Source: an uncultured delta proteobacterium
GTDB taxonomy: Bacteria > Myxococcota > Kuafuiibacteriia > Kuafuiibacteriales > Kuafuiibacteriaceae
Direction: 5' to 3'
Assembly (NCBI GenBank): GCA_963803435.1
Contig: CAWDML010000003.1
Span: 448,001-512,000, forward strand
DNA length: 64,000 bases
Both the position numbers and the translations under genes were made by a program. The first letter of the stretch is position 1; every line of letters begins with the position of its first letter. The notes under the pieces are model-generated. The model did no database searches. It saw only the letters and a list, made by a program, of their open reading frames with translations, and was not told where the DNA came from. Shown one piece after another: positions 18,766-29,557 of this stretch.

Positions 18766-21700
18766 TTGTCGAGCGAGAGGAACTTTGTACCGCTGCTCCG
18801 ATCGGGGCTGTTCATGCGCGTGGTCAAGACGGTGTTCGTCACCGTCGGGCTCGCGTTCATGATCGCGGTCATCTTCCTCTTCTGGGCGTTCAAGACCGGC
18901 CGCGCAGTGGAGATGGTGCGGCAGGAGATCTTGACCACGCTCCACGACAGCTGCGACGTCAACGCCACCTTCACCTCGCTGTCGGTGGACCCGATCCGGC
19001 GTGAGCTCGACCTTGCCGATCTGGAGATGACGCACCTCGACGGCCGGCCGATCGTCTCCGTGGACCAGGCGCTGGTGCAGCTCGAGCTGCTGCCGCTCCT
19101 CTACGGGCGCCTCCAGCTGGAGCGGGTGGCCGTGCTCGATCCCAAGGCCAGCCTCGAGATGATGGATGGCCGGATCCTCAACCTGCCCAAGTGTGTGAAG
19201 CCGCCCGAGGACACCGCGGCGCGGCAGCCGATCGCGCTCGGTGTCGACGAGCTCACGATCGAGCGCGGGCAGATCGACGTCTCGATCGATGACGTCTTCG
19301 ACGGACACTTCGCCGACATCGGCGTGACGCTGCGGCCGGGAAGGTCGGGAGGCACCGAGCTGGCCGTCGGCGTCGACGACGGGCGTGTCGAGGTGAAGGG
19401 CAAGACGTTCCCGCTCCATCGCTTCCGCCTGCTCGGCCACATCGCTGGCGCACTGACCGATCCGCGGGCGTTGATCTTCGATCAGATCGACGTCGACCTG
19501 GCGCGCGTGAAGACGCACGGGCAGGGACAGATCGATCTGCTGGGCCTCTACTTCGAGTCGGACGTCACCCTCGACGCACCGCTCGACGCCATCCACGACT
19601 TCGTCGAGGGCGCCCCGGTCCTCACCGGCGACGTCCACCTCGACATCCATCCCCGCTCGACGATCGCCAACCCGCGGGCGACCGGGGAGGTGGTCCTCAC
19701 CGGCGTCTCCGTCGACGGCATCGGGATCGGGGACCGCGTCGACGTCGACTTCAGCGCCAGCCGCAAAGGCGCCGATCTCAGCAAGATCGTGGCCTTCCTG
19801 GGCGAGGGCCGGGTCGACGGCAAGGGCAGCGTGAAGTTCGACGACAGCTTCCACGTGAAGGTGGAGGCCGACGCCGACCGGGTCTCCTTCGGGCTCCTCC
19901 TCGACACGCTCGGGGTCAAGAGCCCGTGGATCGACTTTGGGATCCGGAACGCCCACGTGGACCTGGCAGGTCCGATCCTGCCGCGCCTCGCGCTCGAGGG
20001 CGCCTTTGCCACCGACGTCGACGAGTTCTACGTGCGCAATCGCCCCTTCAACGCGCCCGGCCTCAAACCCGACGACGTGATCTTCCACCCCAACCCGATG
20101 CATGCCAACGGTCGCTGGGGCTTCTCGCCGGACGGGCTCCACTTCTCGGAGGCCCACGTGCTCTGCGGCGGCACCGAGGCCTACGCGGAGACGACCATCG
20201 ACTTCGGCTCCACCGGTGGCTTCCGGATCGCGGCCAACCTCCCGCATGTCGACTGGGTCGACATCGGTCCGATCGCCGGTCTCTCCTTCGCCGGGTTCGG
20301 ATCGATCTCGGGCGTCCTGGGCGGCAGCTACGACGACTTCGGCGCCAGCGGCACGTTCGAGATGGACGACGTCGCCATCGCGGGCATCCCGTTCGGACAC
20401 GGTGCGGGCAACATCAGCTGGCGCGACCTCACGCAGCTCGAGTTCTCGGGCATCGAGGGGCGCCTCGGCCAGACCAGCTACAGCGGCTCGGTCGGGGTCG
20501 AGGTCGCGGGAGAGGTGCCGCTGTCGATCACCGGCGAGATCCCCAAGGGGCGGATCCAGGACGTGCTCGTGCCGTTCGGTGTGGACGGGAAGGCGTGGGG
20601 CGATCCGTCGGGCCAGATCTTCGCCCGCATCGATCTGCAGGGGCCGGTCGATCGCCTGACCGGTCCCATCGAGCTGACGATGGAGAACATGTCGATCGTC
20701 GGCGAGCAGGCCCAGCGCGGGAGCGTCATGGGCCGCATGGATCGAGGCAAGGTCGTCGCCGACGCGATCGAGATCGACAAGTATGGGACGCGGATCAGCG
20801 GCAGCGGCATGCTGGACCCCTATCGCGGCGACGTGCGGGTCTTCGCACGCACCCGGACGGCCCGCCTCAAGGACATCGACCTGGTGAAGACCCAGCAGCC
20901 GCGGCTCGACGGCGCCCTCGATCTCGAGGTCGCCATCGGCGGCTCGCTGCGCGGTCTCACCGGCACGGTGTCCGTCGATCTGGCCGAAGCCGCCGCCGGA
21001 CCGCTCCAGCTCGGCGGCGGGCACCTCGAGGGACGGCTGGCCGGCGCGACGCTCTCTCTCACGGGCGCGCTGTTCGAGCGCACGCTCGGCGTCGACGGCA
21101 AGATCACCTTCGCGAAGAACCTGCCGTACGAGGCGACCCTCGATCTCGACGATCTTCCGGTGCCCGAGATCGTCGCCGGGCTCCAGAACCACCGCAACTG
21201 GGGCGGCGACGTGAAGGCCACTGCGAAGCTGAGCGGCTCGCTGATCGACTGGCCGAGCTCGGACGGGAAGATCGCGCTGACGCACGCCGAGCTGGAGACG
21301 CCGTCGCTGTCGATCGCCACGGCGGCACCGGCGCGATTCACCATGACGCGCGGCGTGCTCAGCACCAAGAGCATCGCGATCACCGGTCCCCGCACGCAGC
21401 TCTCGGCGAGCGGCCGGTTCGGCTCGGAGCTTCTCGACATGCGCGTGACTGGGCGCGTGGATCTGGCGGTCGTCGAGCTGGCGTCCAACTCGGTGGAGAA
21501 GGCCGGCGGTACGCTCACCCTCGACAGCGCGGTGCGCGGCTCGCCGCGGAACCTCAACCTGGTGGGCACCGGCCGGGTGGAGGGCGGCTTTCTCCAGTGG
21601 CGCGGCTTCTCCAGCCGGCTCACCGGCGTGTCAGCGGATCTCACCTTCAGCCAGTCGTCGGTGCTGATCGATCGGGCGCAGGGCCGCTGGGCGGGCGGCC

Positions 21701-22710
21701 GGCTGGGGATGACCGGCAACGTGCTGCTCGAGCGCTTCTATCCCAAGAACATGTCGCTCCAGATCGAGGTGGCCGGCGTCCGACCGCGCTTCACCTATCC
21801 GAAGGTCGATCTGACGGGCTCCGTGGACGGCAAGCTCACCGCCGACGGGACGTTCGAGCACCTGATCGTGCGCGGCGATCTGGGCGTGCGGAGCGGGCGC
21901 GTCCGACCGAAGATCAGCCTCTCCAGCCTGGTGCGCGGCGGCGAGTCGATCGAGGTCTACGATCCATCGGCGGAGACGGTGGAGCTCGACATCACGCTCA
22001 GGGCCGTCGATCCGGTGCGGATGAAGAACGATGAGGTCGACGTCGAGCTGGCGGGCTCGATCCGTCTGGTCGGCACGAACGAGCGGTTCGGCATGCTCGG
22101 CGTCGCCACCGCGATCAAGGGCGGTCGTGTGGCGCTGTTCGGCCCCGAGTACGAGGTCGAGGGCGGCACGATCGAGCTGGCCAATCGCTACCGCTTCGCG
22201 CCCAAGTACGACCTGATCGTCACCGCCGAGGCCTGCGACGCGCTGATCCGCGCCAACGTCGTGGGCACGCTCGAGCGCTTCTCGATCAACTACAGCTCGA
22301 ACCCCGAGATGGACCAGCAGGACATGGTGTCGTGCTTCATCCGCGGTATCCGAGTGCGAAACCTCGAGCAGGACTTCGGCGCCTTCGCCGGCTCGGCGCT
22401 GCTCAAGCTTTCCGGCGTCGATCGCGAGGTGAAGAAGGTGATCCCGATCGATCAGATCGACGTGACCACCGAGTATTCGTCCCAAGCGCGCGCCTATGAG
22501 CCGCGCGTACTCCTCGGTAAGAACCTCTCGGTGCTCGACCGGCAGATCCGGCTCGAGTACTCGAGCTCCTTGCTGAGGAAGGACGACCAGCGCGCCGCCG
22601 TCCGCGTCCGACTGACGCCGCGGCTCAACCTCCAGTTCGGCTGGGAGCAGTCCGAGGACGTTCCTCTCGGCGACTGGGGCCTGGACCTCAAGCAGCGATG
22701 GGAATGGTGA
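18766..22710 (+). CDS. tamB: translocation/assembly module TamB-like (AsmA family) protein
   Basis: 1314 aa, N-terminal TM, beta-rich repeats, DUF490-like C-terminus, directly upstream of an Omp85 gene. Confidence 0.8.
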   Translation: MSSERNFVPLLRSGLFMRVVKTVFVTVGLAFMIAVIFLFWAFKTGRAVEMVRQEILTTLHDSCDVNATFTSLSVDPIRRELDLADLEMTHLDGRPIVSVDQALVQLELLPLLYGRLQLERVAVLDPKASLEMMDGRILNLPKCVKPPEDTAARQPIALGVDELTIERGQIDVSIDDVFDGHFADIGVTLRPGRSGGTELAVGVDDGRVEVKGKTFPLHRFRLLGHIAGALTDPRALIFDQIDVDLARVKTHGQGQIDLLGLYFESDVTLDAPLDAIHDFVEGAPVLTGDVHLDIHPRSTIANPRATGEVVLTGVSVDGIGIGDRVDVDFSASRKGADLSKIVAFLGEGRVDGKGSVKFDDSFHVKVEADADRVSFGLLLDTLGVKSPWIDFGIRNAHVDLAGPILPRLALEGAFATDVDEFYVRNRPFNAPGLKPDDVIFHPNPMHANGRWGFSPDGLHFSEAHVLCGGTEAYAETTIDFGSTGGFRIAANLPHVDWVDIGPIAGLSFAGFGSISGVLGGSYDDFGASGTFEMDDVAIAGIPFGHGAGNISWRDLTQLEFSGIEGRLGQTSYSGSVGVEVAGEVPLSITGEIPKGRIQDVLVPFGVDGKAWGDPSGQIFARIDLQGPVDRLTGPIELTMENMSIVGEQAQRGSVMGRMDRGKVVADAIEIDKYGTRISGSGMLDPYRGDVRVFARTRTARLKDIDLVKTQQPRLDGALDLEVAIGGSLRGLTGTVSVDLAEAAAGPLQLGGGHLEGRLAGATLSLTGALFERTLGVDGKITFAKNLPYEATLDLDDLPVPEIVAGLQNHRNWGGDVKATAKLSGSLIDWPSSDGKIALTHAELETPSLSIATAAPARFTMTRGVLSTKSIAITGPRTQLSASGRFGSELLDMRVTGRVDLAVVELASNSVEKAGGTLTLDSAVRGSPRNLNLVGTGRVEGGFLQWRGFSSRLTGVSADLTFSQSSVLIDRAQGRWAGGRLGMTGNVLLERFYPKNMSLQIEVAGVRPRFTYPKVDLTGSVDGKLTADGTFEHLIVRGDLGVRSGRVRPKISLSSLVRGGESIEVYDPSAETVELDITLRAVDPVRMKNDEVDVELAGSIRLVGTNERFGMLGVATAIKGGRVALFGPEYEVEGGTIELANRYRFAPKYDLIVTAEACDALIRANVVGTLERFSINYSSNPEMDQQDMVSCFIRGIRVRNLEQDFGAFAGSALLKLSGVDREVKKVIPIDQIDVTTEYSSQARAYEPRVLLGKNLSVLDRQIRLEYSSSLLRKDDQRAAVRVRLTPRLNLQFGWEQSEDVPLGDWGLDLKQRWEW

Positions 22711-25700
22711 GAGCCCTCCCGTTCGTCCTCTTGCTGGTCGGACTGTCGCGCGCGGGCCTGGCCCAGCCCGAGCGGCTGAGCGGCCTGGTGATCGATCGGA
22801 TCGACGTGCAGGCTGCGCCCGAGGAGGACGTGGCCCGGATCCTCTCACTCTCCGGGCTGGAGATCGACGCGCCGTACTCGCAGAGCCGCATCCGGCGGGC
22901 CGTGAAGGTGCTCTATCAGGTGGGGCGGTTCGAGAACGTCTACGTGCTGGCGTCACGGGTCGAGAACGCCGTACACCTGACGCTGAAGCTTCCCCCGCGC
23001 CCGCGTCTCCGGGAGCTCGCGGTCGAGCAGAGCGAGGTGCTCGGCTCGGAGGATCTGGAGCAGGCGCTCGGCTGGAAGATCGGCGACGAGGTCGAGGAGC
23101 GCGATCTCGCGGATCGGCGGGCGAGGGTGCGGGCCGCGCTGGAGCGCCTCGGATATCGACAGGCGGCGGTGGGCCTGGCGCTCTCCGCGATCGACGAGAA
23201 CGGCGGCCAGAAGCTGATCGTTCGGATCGACGAGGGGCCCGAGACCAAGCTGGGCCGGATCGTCGTCTCGGGCCGCCCCCGGATGCCGCTGACCGAGCTG
23301 GGGCGGATCGTCGGGATCAAGGGCGGTGACGTCCTCGATCTGACGGCGGTCCAGAGCGCGCTCGGACGGCTCCACGACAAGTACGTCCAGCGCGGCTACC
23401 TCGACGCGAAGCTCGACGATCCCGCCGTCCGCGACACCGGGCGCGTGCAGGACGGCCATCCGATCGCGGATCTCCTGCTGGGCGTGGACGCTGGTCCTCT
23501 GGTGGAGCTGCGCTTCAAGGGCAATCACGCGGTCCCGCTGCGGGAGTTGATCTCGGCGGCCGGGATCCTCAAGGAGCTCGGCACCGGCAAGAGCGCGATC
23601 GCCGAGGCACGCGAGCGCATGCTGTCGCGCTACGAAGCGCGCGGATACTTCCGGGCGAGGGTCGAGCCGGCGGCGCGGACCACCGGCGACGGATCGCGAA
23701 AGCAGGTGCTGTTCTCCATCGACGAGGGGAGGGGCGCGCGGGTGGCCCGCGTGCGCTTCCCGGGCAACGTCGAGCTCGACGAGGGGAAGCTGCGCGACGA
23801 GGTCTTCGACGCGGTGGCCCAGACCCTCAGCGAGGACCTCGAGAAGCCGGGCGCCGATCCGAACACGATCGGCGCGATCATGGGCGACCTCTCGGTCGGC
23901 ACGCGCGACACGCTCCAGCCCGGCAACGTGGCGCCCGATCCGGCGGCGATCTACGTCCCGCGCGCCTACGAGGCCGCCACGTCCGCGATCGCGGATCTCT
24001 ACCAGGCGCACGGTTACCAGAGCGTCACCGTGGGCTCGCCCGTGGTGAAGGATCGCAAGGGCGGTGCCCTGATCGACGTCAGCATTCCGATCCAACCCGG
24101 CGTGCGTTGGGTGGTGGGCGCGCTCTCGTTCACCGGCAACGCGGCGGTGAGCTCGGAGCAGCTGTTCGGGCTGGCGAGGTTCCCGTTCGACCCCATGCGC
24201 ACGAGCGCCGTGGCGCTCTCCTTCGAGCATGTGATCGAGACGCAGAGCGCCATCCGCGATCACTACCGGAACCTCGGCTATCTGTACGCCAACGTCACCT
24301 ATGAGCTGCGCCAGGTACCGGTGCGCGGCTCCAGCGAGCCCACGCCCTACGTCACCACTTCGTCGACCGCCCCGCTCGATGTCCGCGAGATCTGCCGCCG
24401 CGCCGATCAGGCCGGCAAGGACACCTGCGACGTCGAGGTCAACTTCCGCATCGCCGAGGGTCCGCAGGTGAAGGCGCGCGAGGTGATCGTGCGCGGTCTG
24501 GGCAATACGCGCGAGGGGATCGTCAACAGCGAGATCGAGGTCGAGGACGGCCAGATCCTCACCGAGTCGAACCTCTCCACCACCCGTGACAACCTGCTGC
24601 GGGTCGGCGTCTTCGAGCGTGTCTCCGTGCATCCGATCGACGAGGAGCAGGTCGCCGCCGAGAAGGACGTCGTGGTGGAGGTGAAGGAGAAGAAGCGCAT
24701 GTCGGCGGAGCTGGGCGCGGGCGCGTCGACCGAAGAGGGCCTGCGCGTGTTCGCCGGGTTCGGGGACGCGAACGTCCTCGGCAGCGCGCTCCGGTTCCAG
24801 ATCAACGGCAAGGTCAACTATCAGCTCCCGCCGTTTCTGCTCCTTTACTCGGACGAGGCGCGCCGCGACATCGAGACCTTCTACGGTCAATTCAGCACGT
24901 TCCAGAAGATCGAATACGAGATCGCGGCCGGCCTCAGCTATCCCCGCATCTTCGGGCTGCCGCGCGGCTTCTCCGCGGGCCTCGATCTGATCGCGCTGCG
25001 CAACATCGATCCCCAGTTCGCCGAGGACGCGCAGGTCCTGACGCTGGTCGGCGACTACAAGGGCTACCGCCCGCAGCTCCTCGGCGGCCCCCGACCGCTC
25101 GCGCTCCAGCTCCGCGCCTCCCTCGAGCGCGCCAGCCTGCAGTGCAACCCGGCCAGCATCGCCGGTGAGCAGGCCTCCGACGGCGAGCAGTTCTGCACGC
25201 GCGACAACCGCGTCGAGGGCAACACGTTCTACACCACGCTCGGCCCCCGAGTGAGCTGGGACCTCCGCGACGACCCGATCGACCCCCACGCCGGCGCCTT
25301 CTTCGAGCTCGGCACCGACGTCGCGCTCGGCCTCGACCCCTCGAGCCCCAACTTCCTCGAGCTCGAAGGCCGCGTGAACCTCTATGCCCCCCTCGCGGAT
25401 CGGATCATCTTCAGCGCCTCCCTCTACGGCGAGAAGATCTTCCCGCTCGAGGGCGAAGGCGCCGGCATCCCCGCGAACAAGCGCGTCTACGACAACAGCC
25501 GCATCCGCGGCTATCCGCTCCGCACCCTCCTCCCTCAGGACGTCGCCCTCGACTCCGAAGGCCAGCCCGGCTCCGCCATCTCCCGCGGCGGCCTCCTCTT
25601 CACCGCCCTCCAAACCGAGCTCCGCTTCCAGATCTACGGCCCCCTCTGGCTCGCCGCCTTCTACGACGTCGGCGACCTCTTCGCCGACGGCGCCTTCCAC

Positions 25701-25883
25701 CTCACCACCGAGACCCGAATCGCCGGCGGCAAGATCGTCCGCTCCCTCGCCCAAGGCGGCGGCATCGGCATCCGCGTCTCCACCCCCATCGGCCCCCTCG
25801 CCGTCGACTTCGCCGTCCCCCTCAACAAGCGCGACCCCGGGGCCCAGGGGCTGACGATTCACTTCGCCGTGGGAACGTTCTGA
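22698..25883 (+). CDS. BamA/TamA (Omp85) outer-membrane protein with multiple POTRA domains
   Basis: POTRA repeats, IRGY motif, TPIGPLAVDFA, C-terminal Phe. Confidence 0.92.
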   Translation: MGMVRALPFVLLLVGLSRAGLAQPERLSGLVIDRIDVQAAPEEDVARILSLSGLEIDAPYSQSRIRRAVKVLYQVGRFENVYVLASRVENAVHLTLKLPPRPRLRELAVEQSEVLGSEDLEQALGWKIGDEVEERDLADRRARVRAALERLGYRQAAVGLALSAIDENGGQKLIVRIDEGPETKLGRIVVSGRPRMPLTELGRIVGIKGGDVLDLTAVQSALGRLHDKYVQRGYLDAKLDDPAVRDTGRVQDGHPIADLLLGVDAGPLVELRFKGNHAVPLRELISAAGILKELGTGKSAIAEARERMLSRYEARGYFRARVEPAARTTGDGSRKQVLFSIDEGRGARVARVRFPGNVELDEGKLRDEVFDAVAQTLSEDLEKPGADPNTIGAIMGDLSVGTRDTLQPGNVAPDPAAIYVPRAYEAATSAIADLYQAHGYQSVTVGSPVVKDRKGGALIDVSIPIQPGVRWVVGALSFTGNAAVSSEQLFGLARFPFDPMRTSAVALSFEHVIETQSAIRDHYRNLGYLYANVTYELRQVPVRGSSEPTPYVTTSSTAPLDVREICRRADQAGKDTCDVEVNFRIAEGPQVKAREVIVRGLGNTREGIVNSEIEVEDGQILTESNLSTTRDNLLRVGVFERVSVHPIDEEQVAAEKDVVVEVKEKKRMSAELGAGASTEEGLRVFAGFGDANVLGSALRFQINGKVNYQLPPFLLLYSDEARRDIETFYGQFSTFQKIEYEIAAGLSYPRIFGLPRGFSAGLDLIALRNIDPQFAEDAQVLTLVGDYKGYRPQLLGGPRPLALQLRASLERASLQCNPASIAGEQASDGEQFCTRDNRVEGNTFYTTLGPRVSWDLRDDPIDPHAGAFFELGTDVALGLDPSSPNFLELEGRVNLYAPLADRIIFSASLYGEKIFPLEGEGAGIPANKRVYDNSRIRGYPLRTLLPQDVALDSEGQPGSAISRGGLLFTALQTELRFQIYGPLWLAAFYDVGDLFADGAFHLTTETRIAGGKIVRSLAQGGGIGIRVSTPIGPLAVDFAVPLNKRDPGAQGLTIHFAVGTF

Positions 25884-26007
25884 CCCCTTCTAACCCCGCC
25901 CGAACAGGCTCTGCAGACTTCGGCGGGAGGATCGCCGTGCCGAGGAGGCGCCGGGACAGCCCTCGTTGCCAGGGGCGCGTGGACCCGATCTACACTCGAA
26001 ATGCTGG

Positions 26008-28042
26008 ATGTTGCACCTGGATCGGCGAGACTCGTACCGTCTCATCCTCGAGGCGGGTCACGTCCTTCTCCGCTCCTCCACCGGCTACGAGCTCCAGGTG
26101 CGAGACCTGAGCGGTAGCGGGATCAGCGTGGTAGTCCCGGCGGCCCTCGTTCCCGAGCTCAGCGATCGGCCGAGCGTTCTCCACCTGGGGGCGGCGCGGC
26201 ATCCGGTGCTCCTCGAGGTGGTGCGGCTCGTGCCCGACACGGAGCACGGTCACGTGAAGCTGGGCGCGCGATTTCGCAACCTCGACCTCGAGGGGGCCCG
26301 CCAGCTCACCCGCTTCCTGATCGGAGGATTCTCCGAGCGCGACCATCGGATCGATCGCCTGCTCTCCGCCGAACACATGGTCCGCTGGCGCGACCCGCGG
26401 ATGATCCGGCGGCTCCTGACCCTCCACGCCATCCGGCGCGCCCTCCCCATCACGCCCTATATCGATGGGACTCCGCTCCCGGTCTCGCTCCGTCTCCAAG
26501 GCTTCGACGCCCACGGCTGCGCGGTCGTCGCGATCGTGGGCGCAGATCCAGTCGATCTCGAGCGCGGCCAGCCGCTCACGCTGGTGCTGGCAGGCGGTGA
26601 GAGCGTCTTCTTCTTCCAGACGATCGCGGTCCGGGCGAGCCGCGATGGGCTGTCATTCCTGGTCCCTGACGAGCTCTGCCAGACGGGGTTCCGCGCATCG
26701 CCGCGCCCGCGGATCACCCGAGAGAAGCTCCTCTCCATCAGCTTCGATCGGCCCCATCAGAATCGCGCGCGTCCAGCGGCGCCTCCTCGACGTGGGGGCT
26801 CGCGGGCTCTCGTTCGAGTCCGGGATCGGGGCGGAGCTGCTCCTCCCAGGGACGCGGATCCGGGCGAGCCTCGCCCTGGACGAAGGAGAGGTCACGGTCG
26901 ACGCGATCGTACGGAGGGTCCAGAGCTCCGGCTCCACCAGCGAGTACGGCCTCGAGATGGTCGAGTTCTCCGACCAGGCCAGCCGCCGCCTGTGGCACGA
27001 GTTCGTGGTGCGGGAGGCGAACCCGCGGATGGAGTTCAGCAGCCCCAGGACCGCCAGCAAGGCGTGGCACATCCTGACGGCCTCGCAATACACGAAGAAC
27101 TGGACCAGCCGGAGGCACCGCCCGCACCTGGCCCGCGCCTTCTCCTCCGCCTGGATGTCGATCCCCGATCGGTTCGGTCACGTGATGGTTGCGAACGACG
27201 ACGTCCGATCGATCGGGACCGCCTCGGCCAACCTGCTCTACCCGAAGACCTGGATCCTGCACCACCTCGGAGTGGATCGCGGCGAACGGACGCTCAAGCA
27301 GCAGTTCGAGCTCCGATCTCTCACGCGGCAGCTCTACTTCGCCGCCATGTACCTCATCCGGCATGTCTACGAGACGAAGTACTTCGTGCTGTACGTCGAG
27401 GAGAACAACGCCTGGAACCAAAAGCTCTATCGTGGATTCGTCGACCAGTACTCCGGCGAGGACGACTCGCAGTATGACTCGTTGCAGGTCTTCCGCGGGG
27501 AGACCGATCGCCTGCGCCCGATCGAGGCGTCCGCGTTCGAGATCGTGGAGGGCGACGCCGGTGGGATCGAGGCGCTGGCGTCGCACCTGCACGCGAGCCT
27601 CCCCCCGATCCAGCTCGACGCCTTCGACTACTCGAAGGAGGAGCTGGACCTGGCCGACTTCGAGCGCTCATGCGCAGCGGCGGGCTACGAGCGGGGCCGA
27701 AGGTTCCTCTTCGCGAAGAGTGACGGGAAGCTGGTGGGAGCGCTCATCGTGGAGCTCGGGTCCGAAGGTGTGAACCTCTTCGGCCTCCTGAACTCCTGCC
27801 GCTTCTTCGATCTGGGATCCGGCTCCGCCGCGAAGCTGGAGCTGCTCGTCGCCGCCGGCGCCCTCTACGCGAAGGCCGGCAAGAGAAGCTTCGTCTTCTT
27901 CGACGAGACCGATGACGTCGACCCCTCGCTGGCCGACATCGGCCTGTCCCACGTGTCCGCCGGAGTGCGCTGGCTCGTGCGGGGTCAGACCGTGCCGGCC
28001 TGGCTCGGCTATGTCGAAGAGATGCTTCGGGTTAGCATCTAG
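26008..28042 (+). CDS. multi-PilZ-domain protein with putative GNAT-like C-terminal region, frameshifted near 26761
   Basis: RRDSYR+DLSGSG and RASPR+DVGARG PilZ motif pairs; ORFs 25966..27477 and 26465..28042 join if one A is removed. Confidence 0.75.
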
Positions 28043-28052
28043 CCGAGTGTCG

Positions 28053-29135
28053 GTGCGCAACGAGGTCCTCTACGTCGACGATGAGCCCGCCAACATCGCG
28101 GTCTTTCGGCGGCAGTTTCGCGACGCGATGCAGGTTCGCACGGCCGCGTCCGCGGCCGAAGCGCTGGAGATCCTGGAGTCCGAGGAGATCCCGGTCCTCC
28201 TCACGGACGAGAAGATGCCGAACATGAGCGGCGCCGAGCTGTTGACGGAGGTCCGCCGCCGCCACCCCGACGTGGTCCGCATGGTGGTGACGGCGTACGC
28301 CGACTTCGACGCGGTCGTTCGTTCCATCAACGAGGCCCATGTCTCCCGCTACGTCACGAAGCCCTGGTCGGTCCACGAGCTGCGTTCGATGCTCCTCGCC
28401 GCCTGTGAGCTCTACTGGACCACCAAGCAGAATCGCGCGCTGACCGAAGATCTGCTGCACAAGAAGCGGCTCGGCGCGGTCGCGAAGACCGCCGCCGACC
28501 TGGCCGAGGAGCTGGACTCGATCGGGCTCTGCTTCGCGCCGCTCGACGCCCTGGAGCGCACCGACCCCCGCGGGCTCGAGGACCTCGACGTCGCCTACGC
28601 GGCGATCGAGCGTCTCACGCGCATCATCGACGGCCTGCGTCAGTTCTCCAAGCGCTCCGCGTTCGATCGGAGCGCCGTGACCAAGGCCGACCTCAACGAC
28701 GTGGTGAAGCAAAGCCTCGAGCTCCTCCAGATGTTTCCGGCGGTGCGCACGCTCTCCTCCATCGAGCTGGACCTGGATCGGGAGCGACTCCCCGTCGAGG
28801 TCGATCCGCGGCGTCTGAGCCAGGTGATCGTCAATCTGGTGCTCAACCTGATCAGCGACGGTGCACCGCCCTCCGGCCGGCTCCGGGTGGGTACCCACGC
28901 TCACCAGTCGCGCGCCCTGGTGTCGTTCGTCGGCGACGCCGTCCGGTTGTCGCGCGATGCCGCATCGATGCTCGCCACGGAGCTCAACGGGGGGCCGGCG
29001 CAGATCCGGGGCGCGCTCTGGTTGCTCCTGGCGCGGCGCGTTCTGGACGACTACGGCGGGGGGCTTCGTCTCGGTCGGCCCGAGGGTGGCGCCGGAATCG
29101 AGCTGTCCCTACCGATCGGTGATATGGAGCGATGA
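28053..29135 (+). CDS. receiver domain fused to a degenerate histidine-kinase core
   Basis: VLYVDDE, LTDEKMP, TAY, KPW; H-box reads DLAEEL; no DxGxG. Confidence 0.85.
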   Translation: MRNEVLYVDDEPANIAVFRRQFRDAMQVRTAASAAEALEILESEEIPVLLTDEKMPNMSGAELLTEVRRRHPDVVRMVVTAYADFDAVVRSINEAHVSRYVTKPWSVHELRSMLLAACELYWTTKQNRALTEDLLHKKRLGAVAKTAADLAEELDSIGLCFAPLDALERTDPRGLEDLDVAYAAIERLTRIIDGLRQFSKRSAFDRSAVTKADLNDVVKQSLELLQMFPAVRTLSSIELDLDRERLPVEVDPRRLSQVIVNLVLNLISDGAPPSGRLRVGTHAHQSRALVSFVGDAVRLSRDAASMLATELNGGPAQIRGALWLLLARRVLDDYGGGLRLGRPEGGAGIELSLPIGDMER

Positions 29136-29557
29136 TGGAGTGCGTGTCCGGCAGGGTCCTGGTCGTCGACGATGATTCCGAGATGAGAAACCTCCTCCGG
29201 AGGCGGCTCACTCGCATGGGCGCGGTCGTCGACGAGGCCGACAACTACGTGGACGCGACGCGCTGCCTTGATCGGACCTCGTACGATCTCGTCCTCTCCG
29301 ACTTCAACATCGTCGACCAGACGAAGCTACGCGGGCATCTTCACGGGGGAAAGATCCTCGAATACGCACGTCGAGTGCAGCCGACCGTCCCCTTCTACTT
29401 CGTCTCCGGGCTGTTCAGCATGGTCACTCCCGAGGTCCAACGCCGGTATCTCGAGCTGGCGAGCGGCTTCATGGAGAAGCCCGTCTCACGGGAGAAGATC
29501 GAGGAGATCGTCAAGCTCCATCTGACGTCGGCTCACGCTGCGGAAGGCACACCGTGA
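29132..29557 (+). CDS. single-domain response regulator
   Basis: VLVVDDD, DLVLSD, VSG, EKP. Confidence 0.88.
   Translation: MMECVSGRVLVVDDDSEMRNLLRRRLTRMGAVVDEADNYVDATRCLDRTSYDLVLSDFNIVDQTKLRGHLHGGKILEYARRVQPTVPFYFVSGLFSMVTPEVQRRYLELASGFMEKPVSREKIEEIVKLHLTSAHAAEGTP

Noticed and set aside
17212-21285. Long antisense or alternate-frame ORFs (e.g. 17212..21285, 9817..12585, 22953..25862, 36048..38516)
   Set aside because: Typical shadow ORFs of high-GC coding DNA, with no recognisable motifs
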